DNA of 64,000 nt from Trypanosoma brucei (GCA_000002445.1 CH464491.1:512001-576000); one strand, 5' to 3'; counted from the stretch's first letter, positions 1 through 10,465 are shown. Program-made: numbers and translations. The notes: a model not told the origin generated them from the letters alone.

Positions 1-1062
1 GTCCACCATCCTCTCCACGCACCACTCGTTACACCAGTTATGATTGATGGAAATAACCAAGTCCACTACACTTTCGTTGGGAGTAGAAACGGATTCTATC
101 CCCTCACAGCTAGTAGCCGCAACGTTCGCAGTCTCTCTAGTTTGTGGTAAAGTGAAACATGACCCTTTTACGTTATGCACTTGATGCAAATAGCAGCTTG
201 GTACAAATACAAGATCACCTGGATACTGCGTGACTGTCCATAACTCGGCACCAGCGGTTGTGCGGATGTCTGGCGCAAGAGCGACTCCATGAAGTCCACC
301 CCGCAGCAACGTTTGGTTGCCCTCAGGGGTGGGGAAAAACCACAACTTCTCACCGCAGACGTTCAACGACCATGAATAAGTTCCAAAAACATCAAAATGT
401 AACGGTGTCCAGCTTCTGGGCGGTCCAATGTAAGCAAAACGATAATCACTCTCCTCCTCGCCAAAGTAGCGGTATTTTGAATCACCATGTTGCGAAAACC
501 TGCAAAACTCATCCATCCAATCTGGGCCTAGATAACATGGAACGCAGTAGAGATTGCCGCCATGCACAACCGCGCGGCGACCGTTACACACTGCCGCATT
601 CCCTTCTTCAGCATCAGAGGCAACAACAGATGAAACACCCCGCAGGTCGGGCGCACCCACACAAGACGACACCGCCTCGAGATCAGACTGCATGTGCCAG
701 TCTTTTACATACACCAAAGTTGGGCTGCCCCTCCAGCGTTCAATGACTTCAAATAATCTCAGCTTGCTACATTTCATGTGACCTTCGCTTATGCCGTCCT
801 TCAGAGAATCGGAAGCCACAGTAGCGGGGCTCTCAGTCGCAGGAACCACATGATCCCCACCGAAAAGGTTTACTACACCAATTGGCGAAAGGTGCGACTG
901 CATGTCGCCCAGAGGTGAAAAGTACGGAGACGGACCGGAGCCTCCAACAGAGTTAGTAGTACTGTCTACTGCAGCATGGCGAATGATGGCAGGGAGATTG
1001 GGTTTGAGACAACATTCACGAAACTGCTCGAAAGTTAGCGTGCGTCCGTCCAGTTCCAGCAT
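1..1062 (-). CDS. JmjC (cupin) domain-containing protein, partial (3' end runs off the window; start at first ATG ~1062)
   Basis: My own minus-strand translation of 1..1062 is open to the window edge; it is not in the ORF track because no stop lies inside the window. It contains HFDvFGTYSWSLNVCGEKLWFFPTPEG and GDLVFVPSCYLHQVhNvkgS..SINHNWCNE, the Fe(II)/2-oxoglutarate-binding and C-terminal cupin signature of JmjC proteins, plus an LVYVKDWHM motif typical of this family. Confidence 0.6.
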   Translation of the reverse strand, partial: MLELDGRTLTFEQFRECCLKPNLPAIIRHAAVDSTTNSVGGSGPSPYFSPLGDMQSHLSPIGVVNLFGGDHVVPATESPATVASDSLKDGISEGHMKCSKLRLFEVIERWRGSPTLVYVKDWHMQSDLEAVSSCVGAPDLRGVSSVVASDAEEGNAAVCNGRRAVVHGGNLYCVPCYLGPDWMDEFCRFSQHGDSKYRYFGEEESDYRFAYIGPPRSWTPLHFDVFGTYSWSLNVCGEKLWFFPTPEGNQTLLRGGLHGVALAPDIRTTAGAELWTVTQYPGDLVFVPSCYLHQVHNVKGSCFTLPQTRETANVAATSCEGIESVSTPNESVVDLVISINHNWCNEWCVERMVD

Positions 1063-1874
1063 AGCCAACAGAAACTTGCAAAAATATATACCCGTCCTTC
1101 CTTTCCTTTCGTGGTGCAAGCGCGCTCCCACAGGTTCCACACAACTGGGGCACAAAAGTGGTAAAACAACCTCCGACTGATTTTTCTACTAAACATTCAT
1201 TTTTAATATGGACACGAAAAAAACAATGCAAAACGTATTAAAGGTAAGAAAATACATACACAACTCAAAGGTCGTTAAGCGCAACGAGTGGACATGATAT
1301 AGCCGTATGGCAGCATTACACGCTAGGGGCTACACGGTAAGAAATAATATAAACCGATCCCAATGCTGGTCATTCAAGGTCGTACCAACAAGCATATGTA
1401 TCCATACGCACCACACATATCGTATTTGCATGCCCTGCAATATAGACAGGTGGCGGACTAACAGCTCCTCGTTGGTGCAAAGTGCCATCTTGTAGAGGAA
1501 AGTCCATCCTTTTTGACGCGTTTCGTATTACTACCCATGTCGAAAATGACACCACGGGAACTCTTTGGCGCACGGCTATCACAGATTCCCTCTCCATGCA
1601 CCTCCGGTTACACACACAAAAAAAATGAGCACATCCAAGAAATAAGCAGGCCTTTCCTCACACGTGCCGAGTTTCATGTATGTCGATTCCATGCAGCTCT
1701 CTGAGAAAATACGATAACATTGTGAATTCATAATAAAGTCCGATGACTCACACAGCAGCAGAGAAACAGACATATTGAGCCGCACCTCATCCCCAGCACC
1801 AAGTGAATTTAGAACTAAAACGGAGAACTAAAAGGGAAAAAAGTGACGCACCAGGTCATGCTTGTGGATGAATC

Positions 1875-2555
1875 CTACTCAATACCAGTTTCCTCATCAC
1901 TTCCCTCCTCCTCCCCTCCTTCTTCCTCCTCCTCCTCTTCACCAAAGAAAAATGGCACCTTGTGTCGTATGTTATTCCTGTTAGGGTTCATATGCTCCAA
2001 CTCGCCGATATCGCTGCTACCCTCCACACTTGACTGATACCCCTCACATGAAGGCAGAGGGTACGCCACTTTGGGAAGAGTCGACGTCGTGGTATGCGCC
2101 GTTTTGGCGTACTGCGGCTGCTGTTCCATCTCTCGTCTATTCCTTTCCACGTAGTCCTGGACAGCACCTACTAGTCTCTTCCACTCGGGCTGCTCACGGA
2201 AGAAATGCTTTAGTTGGTCCGGCGACGGTTTAGAGGCAACCGTCGAGCGATCCGCCACAACAACAATGTCGCGCACCGCGAGCCAAATGACCTTTCGAAA
2301 CTTTCCGGGGATAAACACGAGATGCTCTTCCGCCTTGTCTGCGCTAGGGCTCGCTCCGTTATGTTTTTCTACAGTAGCAGCGTCCGTGCCCGCGGAGAGT
2401 GGTGGCTCCACAAAGATGACACGCACATGTTGACCTTGAGGCGCCTCCGTACAGACCGCTAAAACTTCTCCTTCCCCAAGTCCACACCACGCGGATGCAT
2501 CGAGGAACTGTCGCGTAAGATGCTTTGCACGGTGCTTCCTGCCACAACCGCTCAT
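1875..2555 (-). CDS. hypothetical protein with acidic (E/G-rich) C-terminal tail
   Basis: 226-aa ORF starting with ATG at 2555 on the PTU strand. Non-repetitive body with a poly-Glu tail (EEEEEEEGGEEEGSDEE). No family recognised. Confidence 0.45.
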   Translation of the reverse strand: MSGCGRKHRAKHLTRQFLDASAWCGLGEGEVLAVCTEAPQGQHVRVIFVEPPLSAGTDAATVEKHNGASPSADKAEEHLVFIPGKFRKVIWLAVRDIVVVADRSTVASKPSPDQLKHFFREQPEWKRLVGAVQDYVERNRREMEQQPQYAKTAHTTTSTLPKVAYPLPSCEGYQSSVEGSSDIGELEHMNPNRNNIRHKVPFFFGEEEEEEEGGEEEGSDEETGIE

Positions 2556-3695
2556 ACGTTGTTGTTTTTTTTTTTTGCTGAAGAGGCCGCAACTGGCAAC
2601 GATTACAGAAGCAGATGGCTTCCCTCTCTACTCCCCCTCACACCGTAACTGGACCACCATCCCACAACCCCACCAGAACCCAGAGAGCAAAAAGTGCAGA
2701 AAGAAACGGGATAACGTAACGAAACAAATACAGCATAAAAAGGGGTGGTGCGGGAGTGGACTCCCAGGTGAGGACTGCAAAATATATATATATATATGCC
2801 AACATCCATCAGAAGTCGAAGACATTTTTTTTTCTTTCATAATGCAAAATGTAAACACTCACGCCCCTTTTTCTACAGCTTCAGGACACCCCTTATTTCC
2901 AAAGGGAAATAAGTCACACGCATCAGATATGATACGACGCATACGGCTAGGAACGTGGGCGCCGGAGGGGGGGGTCGACCTGAAGGAAAGCGAATAGAAG
3001 AAAAGCGAGAAACGACGAAAAAATAAATAATAAAGAAGGAGCATCGCGCAATAACAATATCTTTCGTCGAGGCTACTCTCAATTCCACACAAACATACGC
3101 GACACATCGAAAACAAAGAAGGTGCAGAGCAACAACATAAAAAAAATGTAAAAGAACGAAAAACCATAACAGCAACGTAACTTATGTTTCTGCTGGTCCG
3201 AAACAAATATGACGAGAAAGATTGATTTAATGGCACCGGGAGGTACAGAAGAATCACTACACCAACTTAAAACAGCGCATATGAAGGGATCAGAGATGGG
3301 GAAAAGTAGCAACCCTAACAGCGTGCGAACAGCACACCTGTAACAGAAAGCACCAACCACAACGTTACTGGTACCGCGTGATTACTATGTTCAGGATGGT
3401 AACGGAAGCGAAAGCGTGGGCTAGTTACCATATCATCATGAAGATAAAAATAAACTCAAACCAGTGAAACGAAAGAGGAGCATCCCCTTAGTGGCGGTCC
3501 ACCGTACATCGAAGGAGACAGCCCCTACCCCCATAGTGGGTACGACCTCATGTGGGTAGGCGAGACAGGTACAACGCAAATGAATGTTGCCGGCATTGGT
3601 TACACAACCAAAGAACAATTCACACCGCAGCAACACAAAACGGGCCTCCAAACTCCGGAGAAGTGCGAAAAAATAAAAGCACCACAAAAAGGATT

Positions 3696-4700
3696 TCAAG
3701 GCCAATCCCTGTAAGGGGTAGGGAGCAATACTCCGCTTTCAGCGAGTTGCACACTTCTGTCCAGGTCAAACTTCTCATCAATGATCGATCCGAGCAATGT
3801 CATATCATCAAGCCTTCCACCTCGGTAGTTGGCACCATTCTCAATTGCTTTATTAGAGTATGGCGTATTGCACTTGACATCACGCGCATTTGCACTAGCC
3901 ACCCGCACAACTTCATCCACCCCAGCGGAAAGGGCCCTCAGGACGTCATCAGGTGGGATTATTTTAGTTGCAACATCATATTGAGATGGCCGATCAAAAT
4001 CTAACGCATACCTCCCACACACAGGACCTACAAATTTCCACACCAGCTCCGCGATATCATGTTTAAAAACGTTATCAAAGATCCCATCGCTGCCCAAAAG
4101 TAGCACGTCCCCGGGCCGCACAACAACACGATATTGCAGCGAATGCACAGGAATGTCGGCACTACCCTGCCCTAGCTGAAAAGGATAATCAAAAGAATGC
4201 ATCTGTTCATCGGACACAAAAACGATCCTACCATCACGAATTATCATCGACGTACAATCACCAATACTGCACACATCCAACATACAATTACTAAATTTCG
4301 CACTAACGGAACAAGACGCATCGGCGGCACAACAAGGGCGCTGCAACGTAGCCACAAGAGCAGTCGAAGTACCGTGAATCTCATCCGACAAGCAGGCGTC
4401 ATAGGCACGCTGCAACAGTTCACACGAGGATAACGGCAACGAACCCAATGCATCATCTTCCACAAAAGAATACATGAACTTCGCCAACGCAGCACTATAA
4501 AGACCGGAATCAACACCAGCATATTCCTTCCACCAGCTCACACCATCAAAAACACACTGTACTTCCGACATTGAAAGAAACGCGTCTTCACCGCCACATG
4601 TCGAACGTTTGGGATGAGAAACAAGGTTCACCGCACGCAGATCAAACGCAAGGCTTCTTCCTCCCACATTGTGTCTCAACAACAACTTTACCACATGCAT
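3696..4700 (-). CDS. PP2C-family protein phosphatase (PTC7/SpoIIE-like)
   Basis: 334-aa ORF. Contains GGEDAF near the N-terminus, then GTSTAlvAtL, IGDCTSmIiRDG and LLLGSDGIFDNV, corresponding to PP2C motifs 1, 2, 5-6 and the GxDG region. Confidence 0.7.
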   Translation of the reverse strand: MHVVKLLLRHNVGGRSLAFDLRAVNLVSHPKRSTCGGEDAFLSMSEVQCVFDGVSWWKEYAGVDSGLYSAALAKFMYSFVEDDALGSLPLSSCELLQRAYDACLSDEIHGTSTALVATLQRPCCAADASCSVSAKFSNCMLDVCSIGDCTSMIIRDGRIVFVSDEQMHSFDYPFQLGQGSADIPVHSLQYRVVVRPGDVLLLGSDGIFDNVFKHDIAELVWKFVGPVCGRYALDFDRPSQYDVATKIIPPDDVLRALSAGVDEVVRVASANARDVKCNTPYSNKAIENGANYRGGRLDDMTLLGSIIDEKFDLDRSVQLAESGVLLPTPYRDWP

Positions 4701-4994
4701 ATAAGTCAGAATACTTTATACAAAGGGAAAAATGAAACTAAAAACAGTAACATCAAGAAGAATACACGCTCTCTGCAACGCTACGACACCAACACCGCAT
4801 GGCGGTACATAAGACGCAACCCACAAATGAAAATATCCAATAAAAACGGTAGAAGGGAACTAAACAAAAAAGATAGGAAAAATCTAACTCCGTCCTGGAG
4901 GGACGCACGAGGACGTCCTGAAACGTGTGACAGCTTTCTCCCACACTCAGGTAAACCTCATAGCGTGTCTAATAGCGGGCAGCAGCGGATGCGC

Positions 4995-5225
4995 TCACGC
5001 CTTCTTAGCGGCGGCCTTCTTGCCGGCAACCTTCTTGGGGGCAACCTTTTTGGGAGCGGCCTTCTTGGCTAAAGGTTTCTTGGCAACAGCCTTTTTGGGA
5101 GCAGCCTTCTTAGCGACAGCCTTCTTTGGAGCAGCCTTCTTAGCGACAGCCTTCTTTGGAGCAGCCTTTTTGGGGGCTGCCTTCTTGGCCACAGCTTTCT
5201 TGGGAGCAGCAGATGCCTTCGCCAT
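4995..5225 (-). CDS. H1: histone H1 (copy A), 76 aa, Lys/Ala/Pro pentapeptide repeats
   Basis: [20 protein letters not shown]...KKAAAKKA. The track ORF 4995..5408 was trimmed to the internal ATG at 5225 (cat at 5223-5225). The upstream part of the track ORF translates the T-rich UTR. Kinetoplastid H1 is a short AK/P-rich protein lacking a globular domain. Confidence 0.85.
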   Translation of the reverse strand: MAKASAAPKKAVAKKAAPKKAAPKKAVAKKAAPKKAVAKKAAPKKAVAKKPLAKKAAPKKVAPKKVAGKKAAAKKA

Positions 5226-5651
5226 ACTTCCGAGTGTTGATAAGATTGCGACTTCTTCCACAGGGAGAAAGAGAAAAATGAAAGCAAAATAAAATGAATG
5301 TGAAAGAACATGAGAATACAATGAGTTTGGAGGAAATAAGCGGAAAGGAAAAAGACCTACAGCAATACTATTGGACCACAACCATACACAGGCAGTTAAA
5401 ATAGCCACACATCAGGATGATATGCTCTTTGCAACGCTACGACACCAACACCGCATGGCGGTACATAAGACGCAACCCACAAACGAAACATATCCAATAA
5501 AAACGGTAGAAGGGAACTAAACAAAAAAGATAGGAAAAATCTAACTCCGTCCTGGAGAGACGCACGAGGACGTCCTGAAACGTGTGACAGCTTTCTCCCA
5601 CACTCAGGTAAACCTCATAGCGTGTCTAATAGCGGGCAGCAGCGGATGCGC

Positions 5652-5894
5652 TCACGCCTTCTTAGCGGCGGCCTTCTTGCCGGCAACCTTCTTCGGGGCA
5701 ACTTTTTTGGGAGCGGCCTTCTTGGCGACAGCTTTCTTGGGAGCAGCCTTCTTAGCGACAACCTTCTTAGCTAAAGGTTTCTTGGCAACAGCCTTCTTTG
5801 GAGCAGCCTTTTTGGCCACAGTTTTCTTTGGAGCGGCCTTTTTGGCTGCAACCTTCTTTGGGGTGGCCTTCACAGTAGCGGTTGTGTTGTTCAT
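5652..5894 (-). CDS. H1: histone H1 (copy B), 80 aa, variant N-terminus [14 protein letters not shown]
   Basis: Same pentapeptide-repeat body and identical C-terminus ([13 protein letters not shown]) as copy A. ATG at 5894. The N-terminal 12 residues and the 5' flank differ from the other copies. Confidence 0.75.
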   Translation of the reverse strand: MNNTTATVKATPKKVAAKKAAPKKTVAKKAAPKKAVAKKPLAKKVVAKKAAPKKAVAKKAAPKKVAPKKVAGKKAAAKKA

Positions 5895-6664
5895 TCTTGT
5901 GGGGAGTCGATAAAGAGCTTTCTATGCAAATAAACAGGAGAGGAAAAACTGCGAAAGGGGAGCGAGCTGACCGAGGAACAAAACAATGAATCTGCAGTAA
6001 GTTGCCGCCCAGGCAAGGCGACGAGCTAGTGGCACGGTGTAAAGGAGAATAACAGCATGTTCGGGTGAAGAGTCTGAATTTGGAGCACCTAACCTTGTTA
6101 TAACCACCTACTCACATCTCCTTCCACAGGACCTAGGGGAAACATTAGTGGGGGACACAGAAGAATATATTTATATATGAAACGGAAGGAACCCAAAGTT
6201 TCCTGCGAAACTTCTTGATGGGTTCCCACAGGAGTTAAAGGGTTCTAAGACAACAGACGGTAAGGGAGGCGAGCCCCCCACCCGGGTGTACAATAGACGC
6301 AATATGACATTGAGGAAGTAATTTTCGTGGAAAAACTGGATAGCAACACACTGCTAATGGTGAATACATCCTTTTCTGGACGCAAAAAAATGCAAAACAG
6401 TTGAAGTCAAAGGAATGATCTAACCTTTTCCACCCACGCACACCCACGTATATGCTCATATTTTGCCGCTTCACAAAAAAAAAGGTGTTCCTTTACCCAC
6501 GCACAAGCACCTGATGTACATTGAATTTGTATACATGCATCGACAGCGCTGATGCGGATGGAAGGGTAAAAGCAGGAAAGAGGTGTGAGAGAACGCGAAA
6601 AATAACAACTGCAAACGTGTCAAATAATATGGCGGAAGTTATGGCCCGACTTAGTGGTTGCCAC

Positions 6665-7039
6665 CTAATACTTTGCTTGCTCCCGCTTCATGTCGCCCCC
6701 ACACCTCCATAGCGAAAAGCAACCAAAAAACTTACAATAAGGGCCAGTGGTAAACGAGGTGTCGATATGCCGATGTCTCCAAAACAACAAGGGTATGCAC
6801 AAAGTAATAAGAACAAAACACCCGCAGAAGGGAAGCATGAAAACAGACGCTGAAGGAATCAAGTCAAGAAAAAAATTAAGGAAACGTTCCTCTCCTTTAC
6901 GCGTACACACAATTTTATGTGACCCCCAGAACAATACTGAATAATAACCATTCCATGTTGCGTACATCAAAGGCCACATCAATCCAACCGCGACCGCTAC
7001 GTGAAAACAAAGTGACGCGCAAAGATAATAAGGTCCCAT
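6665..7039 (-). CDS. doubtful small hydrophobic ORF abutting the RING gene stop
   Basis: The track ORF starts with GTG at 7051; the first ATG is 12 nt downstream. It sits where the 3'UTR of the upstream gene is expected and has no recognisable family. Listed only for completeness. Confidence 0.1.
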   Translation of the reverse strand: MGPYYLCASLCFHVAVAVGLMWPLMYATWNGYYSVLFWGSHKIVCTRKGEERFLNFFLDLIPSASVFMLPFCGCFVLITLCIPLLFWRHRHIDTSFTTGPYCKFFGCFSLWRCGGDMKREQAKY

Positions 7040-7051
7040 CCCTTCAATCAC

Positions 7052-8008
7052 TTACCGTTTAAAACAGCAAAATACCCTACTGAAAAATGAACGTTTAGGC
7101 TTGCTTGCGACCTGGCCATTCTGCGCGGGGGACACTTGTCGGTTAACCTTCGCCGTCGCTGCCCTGCCGCCGTTACCGGTGCTGCCTACACTACGATGGC
7201 CCGAGTCACCCGACACACCACCAAGAGGGTGATTTGTGGGGCGTGCGCCGCTGCCTGGCTGCCTTCCCTGAAGGGGACGACCGGGATGGCCACGGACTCC
7301 CGGGTTCTTGGGAATGCGCGGCTCGCGCCTACTATACCGTTGATGCGCTGTGGGCGAAAGGTGATCATCCAAAGAGGTAGGTGACGTTCTCCGAGGGGGG
7401 GGCTCCTGGTCATCCGCAACGCCTCTCAGGGTCTCCGAATCGCACATGGGGCAAACATTACTACGCTGCTTCCAAGCCATCAGGCAGGGCATGTGAAAGT
7501 GGTGTTTGCATTCACCATAGAGAATAGGATTTTCTTCATTGTATCCTTCTAAGCAAATGCAACACACTAACTCATCTTCGTCACAGCTCTTCGGATTCGT
7601 TGCTACAACAATTTCATCACCGCTTTTACTGCAAGATCCATTCTTGTGCTGTTGCGCACATAACGAGTCATTTTCGCCTCCACAAGAAGACCCCCCTCCT
7701 AACGTTGGATTTGGGTTCGAAAACTGGGTCCAGGACGGCCTCCTCTTTACAACAGACCTTTTAATTTCACCATCTGTAGTGCCACAATTACCCGCTTCCG
7801 GAGGCATTTGATCTGCAGACGCCTGGTCGCCATTACTTCCTCCGCCATCCGCGATCCGTGGACCATCACCCATGTTCGAATGAGCATCCCTAGAGCCCGT
7901 TGGCGGCACCCTTTGAACGATTCCGATGCCTTCACTAGGTACAACAGGCCCAGCACCGACTAAAGCATCATTCTGTGACAACTGTTTGCCACACTTATCG
8001 GCGATCAT
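7052..8008 (-). CDS. RING-H2 zinc-finger protein (putative E3 ubiquitin ligase)
   Basis: CCICLEGYNEENPILYGECKHHFHMPCLMAWKQRSNVCPMCD is a C3H2C3 RING-H2 signature. The track ORF starts with GTG at 8029; the first in-frame ATG is at 8008. Long low-complexity S/G/P-rich C-terminal half. Confidence 0.65.
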   Translation of the reverse strand: MIADKCGKQLSQNDALVGAGPVVPSEGIGIVQRVPPTGSRDAHSNMGDGPRIADGGGSNGDQASADQMPPEAGNCGTTDGEIKRSVVKRRPSWTQFSNPNPTLGGGSSCGGENDSLCAQQHKNGSCSKSGDEIVVATNPKSCDEDELVCCICLEGYNEENPILYGECKHHFHMPCLMAWKQRSNVCPMCDSETLRGVADDQEPPPRRTSPTSLDDHLSPTAHQRYSRREPRIPKNPGVRGHPGRPLQGRQPGSGARPTNHPLGGVSGDSGHRSVGSTGNGGRAATAKVNRQVSPAQNGQVASKPKRSFFSRVFCCFKR

Positions 8009-8578
8009 CGTACGGTACACGACACGCACAAGCAGCGTGAAACGCTACAAGTTAGAGTCCAGATCTCTAGATACGCACCACAAATTTGTAAAGCAAAAGG
8101 GGAGAAATAATTCCAAAAAGAAAAAAGCAGCTCTAACGCAAGTGAAACAGCTTAGGAAAGGTAGACCTTGCTCAAAACACCACTAACGCATCTGGGACTG
8201 AGCGGCCTACCGTAGGTCACCGGCCGAAAAGCCAGATACCTTAGTTAAATGGCTAAAATTAATGGGTCCATCCACACGGACACACAGAGGGGCACAAGAG
8301 GGGGGGAACAAATAAAGGAAACGGGAAAAAACAGAGCGGAAAGAGCAGCGCTGGTAGTGGTGTCATGATTGACATCCAACCGAAACGAAAACCAAACTCC
8401 ACCGTACGTCGTGGAAAGTGCGAACGTGAGAAAACACTCAAGAATTATTCCTTTCTTCGTGTTTTTTGAGTGACGTTTAGTGGGGTATATACACATGTAT
8501 GCGCATACATATGCATACGTCACCAGACACGTGCCGAATATAAAACTTTGTCGGAAACATTAGTAACGCCGGTATTCC

Positions 8579-10465
8579 TCACGTAGCCGACATCAAATAA
8601 AGATCTCTGTCCTCACGATCACGCAGCGCTGCAAGAATCGCCGAAGTGTGCAAGCACCCCATCTCACAGATGATCATGTCAATGTAAGCGGCTGGCGTAA
8701 GGTCATAGAGGTAACCGGAGCTGGGTGGGGCATCCGTCTGCAGCAACCGGGACGGCTCTTCGTTCGTACCTCGGCCGGAGAGACCACCGGAATTGCACTG
8801 ACCCCAGCCCTTCTTGACATCCATTAATTCACGGCTACCGTGCGATAAGGGGCTCCAGTTGCCTGGACTTCGGATTCGGAGCTCGCCGCGGTGAGGCTGC
8901 CGCATGTCGGTCAGCCTGGTATTTTGTCCAAGATTACCGAGCCACACCTCTGGGACAAACTTAATGCTCTCACTGAAGCACAGAACGGGTTTGCGAAATT
9001 GCTTCGCGCTTGAGACCACGACAGCCGTGCCACAGCGGCTAAACACATCACCGTTCTGAAGAACGGCGGCTGCCCCAATAAAAACGCGAGTGCATCTGGG
9101 CATGAGTGTGCAACACGTCGTAATAAGCCCGTATGTGACGTCAAGGCCGCTGCACGAAAGCCTCGTTGCAAGGGCACGACCTTCGTAAAGTGGAGCTGAA
9201 TCAACGACGATAACCTTCGGCTTACTTGCAAGGCGCGGGTTATTCGCTGCAGCAAGGAGAATGAGCTCGACGGTACTACTCCTACCAAACACAAGAATTG
9301 TGTCGTTAGAGGAAAGATGGGGTTCTGCGCGATCCTCGACGATGCTCTTTATAGAGAGTTGAAGCTCCCGCTCGATGGCGCCTAAAACTTTCAGTGCCAA
9401 ATCACGAGGGCTGATGTCAAGGAAGCATGTTTCATTCCTATCCCGCCCGACGGCAGTAGATTGAACACACATTGAACTCTCTAGTCGCGCGGATCTTAGT
9501 GAGGCAAACAAATCGTCCGCGGAAAACCGCGCCTTCTCTCTCTGTGACAGCAATGCAACTACACGACGCACTAAAGAATCCTTAGCGTTGGTCATACCTG
9601 CAGACGGTGCGCGACTTCGGCATAGAAAGTCGAAATTAACCTTGATCAGACTTTCAAACTCTTTTGAAGGAAAGTGGTTAACAGTGGAACCAGACAACGT
9701 TGGAGACGATTTCAGTAACGCTTTGAAGGCTTCAATCATCGCGAAGGTACGGGCATTTCCTCCAACAACCATCATGGACTCCATCATCAGCGCCAACTCC
9801 GCAACCTGATAGTGCACTCCCTCACAGTCGATATCGTTCCGAGGGGAAACGATGGCGCACGGTGAGCCTGTCACGGAGCGGTCAATGTGCTCCTGAACAA
9901 CAGCCTGCACGTCCACAAAGAGTTGCTCATCACGCATCTGTGATCCCGCCGTCCCAGCACTCACAGTAACAGCCACTCTCTCGCCCAGGTCATCTGTCAC
10001 ATAACCCGCCCGTCTCTCCTCCTTGCTCACGGCCTTCTGTCGGGATGTGTGCGCACTGGGGGCCAGATCCCGCCTTATGCGCGGTGTTGACAACGCTTTC
10101 GGAGTCTTCACTCCTGCACCCCTCGGTGTCAAGGACTTGAGGGGGTCCTTTCTGGGAGATCCAACTAGGCGGGGAGCCGCCGAGGTCCCGCGACGCGGTG
10201 ATTTCGATTCAACACTACTCTTCTTTTCTTCCTGCTGCGAGGCGACGCCTTTCTCCAGTTGGTCCACCTCGTTCTTAAGTTTCTCCATTTCCTCCATAGT
10301 CACCTGGAAGACAGTGTCGGAAGGCTTAAGGGCCTTCATCTTCTTCTCAAGTTTTCGTAGAGCGTCCTTTCTGCGCTTCAGCTCCCGCTGCAGCCTTACC
10401 GCCGCTCTTGCCTCATCACTATCCTGTCCAATAAGGGACATTGCGGCTCCCACTGCGGAGGACAT
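8579..10465 (-). CDS. translation initiation factor eIF2B-family subunit (delta-like) with long basic/coiled-coil N-terminal extension
   Basis: The C-terminal ~330 aa show the IF-2B fold pattern: LVFGRSSTVELILLAAANNP...KVIVVDSAPLYEGRALATRLSCSGLDVTYGLITTCC...RVFIGAAAVLQNGDVFSRCGTAVVVSSAKQFRKPVLCFSESIKF. The N-terminal ~250 aa are K/R/E-rich. Start chosen at ATG 10465 (MSSAVGAAMSLIG); the track ORF extends to 10606 through low-complexity sequence. Confidence 0.65.
   Translation of the reverse strand: MSSAVGAAMSLIGQDSDEARAAVRLQRELKRRKDALRKLEKKMKALKPSDTVFQVTMEEMEKLKNEVDQLEKGVASQQEEKKSSVESKSPRRGTSAAPRLVGSPRKDPLKSLTPRGAGVKTPKALSTPRIRRDLAPSAHTSRQKAVSKEERRAGYVTDDLGERVAVTVSAGTAGSQMRDEQLFVDVQAVVQEHIDRSVTGSPCAIVSPRNDIDCEGVHYQVAELALMMESMMVVGGNARTFAMIEAFKALLKSSPTLSGSTVNHFPSKEFESLIKVNFDFLCRSRAPSAGMTNAKDSLVRRVVALLSQREKARFSADDLFASLRSARLESSMCVQSTAVGRDRNETCFLDISPRDLALKVLGAIERELQLSIKSIVEDRAEPHLSSNDTILVFGRSSTVELILLAAANNPRLASKPKVIVVDSAPLYEGRALATRLSCSGLDVTYGLITTCCTLMPRCTRVFIGAAAVLQNGDVFSRCGTAVVVSSAKQFRKPVLCFSESIKFVPEVWLGNLGQNTRLTDMRQPHRGELRIRSPGNWSPLSHGSRELMDVKKGWGQCNSGGLSGRGTNEEPSRLLQTDAPPSSGYLYDLTPAAYIDMIICEMGCLHTSAILAALRDREDRDLYLMSAT

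Larger units (their letters stand above)
4769..5900 (-). repeat. histone H1 tandem sub-array 1 (2 units of ~645 bp: CDS plus conserved flanks)
   Basis: The block ...gcaacgctacgacaccaacaccgcatggcggtacataagacgcaacccacaaa...gtcctgaaacgtgtgacagctttctcccacactcaggtaaacctcatagcgtgtctaatagcgggcagcagcggatgcgctcacgcc recurs at ~4769 and ~5411, and again at ~20366, 21021 and 21660. Confidence 0.85.

Noticed and set aside
258-1180. Plus-strand ORFs 258-746, 554-781 and 902-1180 at the left edge
   Set aside because: They lie on the opposite strand to a much better supported open minus-strand reading frame with JmjC motifs running to the window edge.
2603-3360. Several 68-132 aa minus-strand ORFs (e.g. 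2859-3257) in the region between the PP2C gene and gene 1875-2555
   Set aside because: Low-complexity F/L/S/C-rich translations of T-rich UTR sequence with multiple overlapping frames. Interpreted as 3'UTR/intergenic.
4927-5292. Plus-strand ORFs ([32 protein letters not shown]...) of 109-121 aa antisense to every histone H1 copy; the same pattern occurs at 5584, 20535, 21191 and 21832
   Set aside because: They are the reverse-complement reading of the GCC/AAG-rich H1 repeats and lie on the non-transcribed strand of this PTU. Their repetition simply mirrors the H1 array.
4995-5408. Long 132-137 aa versions of H1 ORFs beginning MAILTACVWLW...
   Set aside because: The N-terminal 61 codons translate T-rich 5'UTR/intergenic sequence. 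The conserved H1 protein begins at the internal MAKASAAPKK Met, which also matches the standalone copy E.
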